Source: Camelus dromedarius (lineage: Eukaryota). From it: a DNA stretch of 64,000 nt. Position 1 is the first letter of the stretch, and every line of letters starts with the position of its first letter. The translations under genes were made by a program, and so were the position numbers. A model generated the notes under the pieces. That model had not been told where the DNA came from. It saw nothing but the letters and a program-made list of their open reading frames with translations, and searched no databases. Positions 56,721 to 64,000 of the stretch are shown piece by piece. Location: the NCBI RefSeq assembly GCF_036321535.1, contig NC_087437.1, positions 20,338,001 through 20,402,000 on the forward strand. Reading direction: 5' to 3'.

Positions 56721-58522
56721 ATTCCTGCCAAGGCCATTGGACCCAGAATCCGTGTGATGCGGTTTCACCTCAAGGATTTAAATTTATTGAAAAGCAAATA
56801 AATAAAAATGTGGATTTGTTCTCCTGTATTTTTGTTTAAAAAAAAAAACCCACATCTGAGCAATGTCACCTTCCCAGGATGATTCCCCAGAGAGACACCA
56901 TCATCGAGGTACCAGACCTGGGTCCCTGTCCCGTCTCTGCCATTCTATCTCTGCAGGACCCTGTCAAGGTGTTGACACTTTCTGAGCCTCAGAGCTTCAC
57001 TCAGGGAAAGAAGACTGTATACCACCCACTGGGAAGGATGGTCATGACCAAGGGGGAAAGAGTGAGAATACGTCCCCATGGTCTCAAGCACAGCACTAGA
57101 CCATGGCAGATGCCCAGGAATTGGGATTTGTTCCTACAATTGCAATGAAAATCCACACAATGGTCATCATTTTATTCAGCTGTCTTAACGTGACCTGCCT
57201 CTTGTAAGGCAGAGCAGTTCTGAAGTCTTTCCAAATTACTAGACTGTCTTTGAGAATCTAGAGGACGACAGACCTTGGCAAAAAGCACATACACACAAGA
57301 TTTCGCACAGGATTTCAATGCAGCTCGGCAGCCCCTAATCCCACCTCCGTGTCCTGGCCTGCAGGAGTCCGGGGGCTCCAGGTTCAAAGGCCAATCTCTG
57401 AGCTTTTTAATTTTGCACTGAGATGAGGGTGAAATTGCTTCTTTGCACTTTTTCCCAGGACAGTCTTGGGGAGCCTGCCACCATCGCCACTGTGAACAGC
57501 TGACAGAGATCTCCTGGCCTAGCAAGGCCCAGTGTTGGGCTACAGAGCAACCAAAGACCCCAGGGAATTGGCGTGCTTCCCAAGCAGTGAGCACAGCCTG
57601 AGGAAACAGCAGCACCCATCCCACGCGCGAGCTTGCACTTTTCAGACTTGAAGCTGCAGTGGCAAGGAATAAATGCAATATACAAAGGGCTTCAGAAAGC
57701 ACAATCACCAACCTGTGGAGGCACCAGAAATAGCTTGACATTTAGGGAGACCCTCAAACTTGACAAGGTCAGAAATTCCTGCTGCGGTCCAGCTGCCCTT
57801 CCCTGGCCCCCATCTGTGACAGAGGGTTGCCAAGGCAATGCCTGAGCATTTGGCCTCCTGTGGCGACCAATACAATTAAAGCGGAAACCTTTTAGAGCAC
57901 CATTTAAACAGAAGAGGATCATGCCACATCCAAGGGCCCCTTTTTTAGCTCCTGCAAATAAATCCCATTTCTCGGGGCCTCGGGTCACAAACTCTCCTCA
58001 CAGCCACTTTGCCAGTTCTCCGTACCTAGACTCTCATACAAAGAGAGAAAGGTTTAGGTTGGGTTTGTTTATTTGTTTTTGTTTCTTTTTCTTTCATCTT
58101 GCTCTCTTAAAGTCATAGAAACCAAAGTCAGAAAAATTAAATAGCTTCACCTGTTTTTCAAATTTTCAAATGGGGGAGCCGACCTTTCAATTCACTCCCA
58201 AACGGCTACTCAATCAAAACAGTGGGTTTACATTTTCTTCAACTTACTATACTTCAGCCAATGAAAATATGAAGAAACTTAATAGTAACAAGAAGAGATG
58301 CTTCACGGCAAGAGAGTTGAATAAATGAACGAAACTTTTTTTGAAGCTTCCTCCATCATATTTGTGTTTCTCCTCTGATTCCAAGCCTGTGCTTCTTCCA
58401 TTCTGTCTCCCCACCTCTTACTGAATCTTCCAAGAGCGTTTGTCTTGAAATAAAGGTGAACAAATCTATCACTTTCTTTTCTCCGTTTCTTGCTTAGTAA
58501 ATGATTGATCACCTGCATGACC

Positions 58523-58553
58523 CGCAATTCACAAAGCTTCCACCAGGGGGTGA
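58523..58553 (+). promoter_or_regulatory. Candidate CTCF site (core plus upstream motif)
   Basis: Core CCACCAGGGGGTGA at 58540-58553, with CGCAATTC starting 17 nt upstream. Confidence 0.45.
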
Positions 58554-60039
58554 TACTCCATTTCAGCAGACAAGGCAATAATCCTGAAGTCAGAGCCCAA
58601 ACACCAGCGTTTATTCTATAAACATCTAGGTGGTGGGATTATGGGGTAAATCTTTTCCTTCATCTTTACACTTTTATTCTACTTTCAAAAGAGAATATAT
58701 TTCTTTGATAATCGGAAAAGAAATAAGTTGAAAGTATTTTAAAGTTATTACAATGTTAATGGTATTACTCTAATAACAAAGAAAAACAGAAGCTGAGATA
58801 TTACCTTTTATTACCATTCAGTATAAGAGTTTATGTTCCGTGATGTATGTGATGAAATCAGGGAGTCTGGGTCAGTCATGATCTATAGCTTGCCCATCCC
58901 ATTAAGTGGCTGTTTATTTGAACGTCCTCCTTGTCAGTCCTGCATTTGGCAGGTTATTTTGGTTCAGAAAACACCAAACGCTGCTGCTACAAAGATTCTG
59001 GACTCCCTGCTAAGAACTAGAAACCCCCAAGACTGGTCTCTTCTTTGACCTTAAGACACTCCTTCAGTCTAGCACTGTTGGTCAGTGTGTGTACAACAAA
59101 ATTTAGAGGAAGGAAAGGTGGCAAATGAAGCGTTTTTCTTGCCTTTATCTTCCAAACTCTAAATCAGATTTACCATCAGGACTTTCCGCTTTCACATCAG
59201 AATTGCCAGTCTACAAAAACTGAAAAGAGTAATGCCTTCTGCAACAGGGGTTGTAAAGAAATGTTGTATGGAAATGTTATGCTACATTTTAATTTCTCCA
59301 TGAAAAAATAAAAATCATTTTTTGGAGTTTATTGCTAATTCAGCAATCCCACTATTAGAAATATATTTTGTGGAAATAAACAAGTGTATAAAGATGCATG
59401 TCAGGGATACTTATTGCAAAGCTGTTCAAAATAACCAAACAATAAAAACAAACTAAATGGCTACATTTAAGAGCTTGAGTATTTAAATAATGATAGCTCC
59501 ATAATTTAAAATACTCTAAGGTCATTAAAAGGAATGAGAGAAGTGTTTATGTGCTGGCATGGAAAGGTGTCCGCTGATTGGTGTTAAGGGGGAAAAAAGA
59601 AACAGATCATCTGAGAGGAAGTATAGCATAATTCTGTGGAAAGAGACTAGTTAATTGGACTTTTCCTTTGGTTGGCTGAAGCTCCAAAGCTGAGAACAAA
59701 AGGAGACACATATATAACAATTCCAAAGAGAAATCCTAGACACAGCCATGCAAGACTTGCTGAAAGACAGCAGAACCAGTCCAGTATCCACTACTCCACC
59801 CTGAATATAATGGAGATGAGTCATTCAAAGAGAGTTCATTAAACATTAAGTAGGATTAGAGAACTGGTCTCCTCCCTTCCTCTGCCGTGGAGGGGGAGGT
59901 GTGACCTGCTCAAGGCAGGAAGAAGAGAATCCCTCAGAGAGATGGAGGATGCTTGCAAGAAGGAGGTCTGGCAGTTTGCTCTCCAGCTAGAAGCTGAGTT
60001 GCAGAAACTGAATCCCATCTTAATGACTGTGGTGAACTA

Positions 60040-60400
60040 TATTTCTATTAGCGAATATTCCCTCCAATCAGCCATCTCCATGGAAGTGTTCTTTCCCATC
60101 CCGTTGATTTGGGGCTTGGTCATGTGACTTGTTTTGACCCCATGGTGAGCATAGTCTACCTACCTCCCTACCTCTGGAGTTGAACTCAGTCGTGGGACTT
60201 ACTCTGGTCAATGAGATACTAGTCGACATGGTATAAGCAGAGGTTTGAAGTGTGCATGCATGGTTTGGTTTGTTCTCTTGTACGTCTGTAATTCCCCAGG
60301 AAAGCTGCCTCCCGGTATGTCCCTGAAGGAATGCACATGAAACAAATCTGAGCCCAAAAACAAATCTGCTTAGTGGGTTGAGGCAATCTAATGGAATCGT
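60040..60400 (+). mobile_element. MaLR LTR fragment (MLT1E/F-like)
   Basis: gggcttggtcatgtgacttgttttgacc...aagcagaggtttgaagtgtgcatgcatggtttgg. Confidence 0.65.
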
Positions 60401-61525
60401 ATTCAAAAGTAGTGTCTGCCAGGTGGGGAAATCCACCAGGACAAGGCTGTGGGTATAGCTTTGGGGGCAGAAGTCGAGGGAGCCGGGGCCAGCAGCAGGG
60501 ATGCGGAAGGACAGAGAGGAAGAGAGAAAAGGTCATCATACCCCCCTTTCCCACAGGAGAGCCCGAAGCTGGGCTCATTCTAACCTGAAAGGAAGAGAGC
60601 AGGGAGATGTGAGATGAGTTTGCATTCAGAATTGACCAGACCTTTTAACACCTGAAGTTACTATCTTCTAGAGGTAACATTACAGGGACAGAAGGAGATT
60701 TGACAGAATATACTGAAGACAATAGTGGGGCTTTAAACCATTCGGTAAAATGGTTACACCTTTCTAGAAACTGTAATATATAAATTATGATATATATAAG
60801 TATTAAATATTCTATATTAAGCAAGTCACTGAGATATTTATCTTTTTCTTTCTATTTCGAGAAGACAAACAGCCAGGGGTGGGTCTGAGCGAGGCTGTCT
60901 GTCGGGCGGGAGTCCCTGCAGCGGGAACCACTCCCTCCTCTCCTCAGTTCCCTTGGCTCTAACGATACGGCTCACGCTCAGCAAATTTCCCTTCAAATGT
61001 TCAGCCTGTGGCAATGAGATACTTTTATAGCTTTTTATTTAACATTCCCCTGAGAATTATCATTTGCTTTTACAGAATATTACCAAGAAACAAAGGCAAC
61101 AAGACACATTTTAATTGTTCCAGCAATTTGGCTCTTCTTTCAGATAATAGAGAAACCAGAACCCTGTAGGGCAGAGAACTGGACCCTAGAGTTAGAAGAT
61201 GGGGGGTTCTTGTCTGGTCAGTGGCCCAGACTTCCCATGTGACCTTGAGCAAGGCCCACAGTGTCTCTGGGCTTCATTTCCCTCTCATGTCGATCCTTTG
61301 AAAGATACACCCCAAGTACCCTGTGGGCCAGGATGTCTCTTGTTGCGGAAAAACCCTGAGCTCGGTTGATCATCAGAACGTGTGTGTTCTAATCCGTCCT
61401 CTTCCACCAAGCAGCACTGTGGTCCCAAGGAAAGGAGTGGTTGTAACCGAGCATCAGTTCCCTTATCTTTAAAATAAGGAAGTAAGCCACACCTTACCCA
61501 CCTCCAGGTTTTACTGTTGCTTTTA

Positions 61526-61973
61526 TGTTTTAGTTACCTAGTGCTGTATACCACCACTGCAAAACGTAGTGGCTAAAACAACCATCCATCTTGCTCATGA
61601 TTATGTGGGTTAAGGATCTGGGGAAGGATCCAGCTGAGTGTTTCATCTTAACCCTACCTGGCATCAGCTGGGGTCTCTGGGGCTGGAGAATCCAGTTTTA
61701 CAATGCTTCTCACATATCTGGCACAATAATACTTCTTAATCTCTCTCCCAATCTCTCTCTCTCTCTCTCTCCCTCCTCCCCTCCCATCCTTCCCCACATG
61801 GTAACTCATCTCAGAGCCTAAACACAGCAGGCAAGAGGCAGTTAATTAAGAGATACTCCCAGAACTGGCACAGCATAACTTCCACTGAATTTATTCTTTT
61901 GGTCAAAGTAGCCAAGGTCACATTGCAGAAGAGCAAATGGGATGGTAGATATTGAAAAATAGAATCTGTCACA
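61526..61973 (-). mobile_element. MaLR LTR (MLT1G/H-like)
   Basis: ttagttacctagtgctgtata...gtagtggctaaaacaac...agaactggcacagcataacttccactg...aatagaatctgtcaca. Confidence 0.7.
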
Positions 61974-62241
61974 TATTGTTTTTGTTGTTATCCTGGGTAA
62001 AAATTATGATAGATGTAGAAGGTCTTAGAAAAATTCAATTTCCACACATCTATCAAGGGCCATTATGATCCTCATTTCAATTTTTTATTTTTAATCTACT
62101 TTGATTAGCGTGACTTTGAGGTCAACAATGGGCCCATCTCAAATCCAGCTACAGCAGTCTCTAAAGCATTATCTGTCCCTTAGATCAAGTTCAATTAGAG
62201 ACCCAAGGTAATTCCTTCAGCAAGGGAACAGAGAGATGTGA

Positions 62242-62590
62242 TGTATCAGTCATGACATGCCAGGTTGTGATCTAGTAACCAACAACTCCAAAAATCAATG
62301 GCTTAAGAAAAGTGTTTATCTCCCTCCCTGCACACAGGTGGGCTGGGCTTTGCTGCTCTGAGCCCCAGGCTGACAGAGCTTGCGCCACCTGCAGCCTTGC
62401 CAGCCCAGCGACAAAGGGAGGGAGCACGGCTTCCACTCAAATTGAGATACGTCAACTCCACTCTCATTCTACTCACCAGTTCATATCATATGGCCACACC
62501 TGACCTCAAAGGGGCAGCTGTGTGCAACTTTGACCTTGCCATGCCCAGGAGAAGGAAAATCAGTATTGGAGAACTGCATTCCTAATGACC
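62242..62590 (-). mobile_element. Old MaLR LTR (MLT1K/L-like)
   Basis: tgtatcagtca...tagtaaccaacaactccaaaaatcaatggcttaa...tcatatggccacacctgacctcaaagggg. Confidence 0.6.
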
Positions 62591-62994
62591 AAACTTGGAC
62601 TGGATTTTCCCAAGATTCTGCTCAAGGATGCTTTCAGAGCCCCTTCTCAATGCAAAGCACCTGTATGAAGATGCAGAGAGAAAACGCCTGCTGTTATGCT
62701 GTATTCTCCTGCTCTAATATGCTGCATTTTTGTTGCCAAGTTTTTCTTTGCTATTTCTTGCAAGTTATTTCCCAGGGGAGTGACAGCGGTTGAAATCCTG
62801 ACCTTCCCTGGAGACACATGGAGAACAAAATGTTCCCCATGGGTGGGGGGAGGTGGGGGGAGTTCACAATAGTATCCATCTGCCAGCTCCATAGAACCCA
62901 CGGAGATGCCACATGCAGCCCACACTAATGAGTCTCCTCCCAGAGGGTCATGTTGTGGACCCAGACTGTGGTGTGTTAACCAAAGTCAGCAGAG

Positions 62995-63200
62995 TGGAGA
63001 GAGCAGTGCAGTTGGAATCATGATACCTGGGCTCAAAACTGCCACTTTCTAGCATGTGACTGTGGACAATTTACTCAACTTCTTTGAGCCTCAGTTTTCC
63101 CAGCTGCAAAATGACAACTGTTAACAGTACTTACATTTTGGAGCTGTTTTGAGAAACAAACAAGATAATACGTATAGAACACTTAGAATAGTGCCTGGAA
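62995..63200 (+). mobile_element. MIR SINE
   Basis: ctgccactttctagcatgtgactgtggacaatttactcaacttctttgagcctcagttttcc...aacacttagaatagtgcctgg. Confidence 0.75.
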
Positions 63201-64000
63201 CTTTCAAAACTGCTATTCTGGCTACTGCTGGTGGTGTTATTTGGCCCAGCTCCGCAAACCTATGACTGGTGTTGAAGTCACAGGCTCTTCACTGATGGTC
63301 ACACTCATATAGCCAGGCCCTTGTAGTCCTGTAGGAGGACATGGCCAGTAAATGCTGTGAAGGTGCAGTGAAGAAGAGATGTGAAAAGCAGTGATCCCTT
63401 ACATTTAATTATTATGGGATGAAACAGTTTTGTTCATGGAACAAGGAGATAGGTATCCTTCTTATCCCAAAATATCTCCCCTACCAATCTGCCAAGATGC
63501 CTGATATTTATCATTAGAAATTCATTCCTTTGGCTTAATCATTGACTTGTGTAAGTGCCTTATAAACACTGATTAAGTAAATGAGGGACAGAAGGAAAGG
63601 GTTTAACAGGAGTAACCAAAGCATTTCTAACATATATTTTGGTGAAAAGGGCTAGGGAAAGTCTCCTGTCCAGTAATCTCCCAGTCACCCAACAAGAGTA
63701 ACTAAAATTCCACCTTGTGTGATGACATTAAATATTCTTATTAAAATGATTTTTCCCTCTGTGTCACTGAAATGGTTTCTGAACCAGTATTCTTGTCTCC
63801 AATCAGCCTCCTGTAATCCAGCCTCTGAATTATAGCCAGGGCAATATTTCTACAATAGATGTGATCAAGTCATATACTAGTTTTAATGCCATTTGCTTCA
63901 AGGTAGATTTTGGTTCCTTGGTGTGGCATGGGAAGTCTCCCTTCATCATACTCTTGGCTCATTAGCTTCACCTATTACTTCTACCTCCAGCGCCCTCGTC

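Noticed and set aside
57172..57741. 189-aa minus-strand ORF
   Set aside because: Non-ATG start, random-looking composition and no homology I recognise; such lengths occur by chance in 64 kb.

Overview
Eukaryotic (placental mammal) genomic DNA, most likely a camelid (alpaca, llama or camel). That call rests on three tRNA-Ala-derived SINEs resembling the camelid vic-1 family; it is an inference, not a database result. The window holds one complete protein-coding gene, TRIM42, on the + strand. It has five coding exons (27577-27917, 32588-33285, 35975-36798, 39836-40060, 48674-48760), all with GT-AG introns and compatible phases, giving a 2175-nt CDS and a 724-aa protein (Cys-rich N-terminus, RING, two B-boxes, coiled coil/COS, FN3). 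An AATAAA lies at 48922. The rest is repeat-rich non-coding DNA: young and old L1 pieces (one with a twin-priming inversion, one with an apparent target deletion), a solo ERV1-type LTR with a 4-bp TSD, MaLR/ERVL remnants, L2, MIR, hAT MITEs and microsatellites. I found no convincing novel multi-gene system. The most interesting signals cluster at TRIM42 exon 1: a cryptic 13-residue Cys repeat, an ATG-TAG start-stop element 5 nt before the start codon, and a layout that could yield a stand-alone 114-aa Cys-rich protein by intronic polyadenylation. Other points of interest are an intragenic CpG-rich patch with a YY1 motif, a perfect 18-bp hairpin and candidate CTCF sites. Repeat subfamily names come from my recall of consensus sequences, and boundaries of old repeats are approximate.
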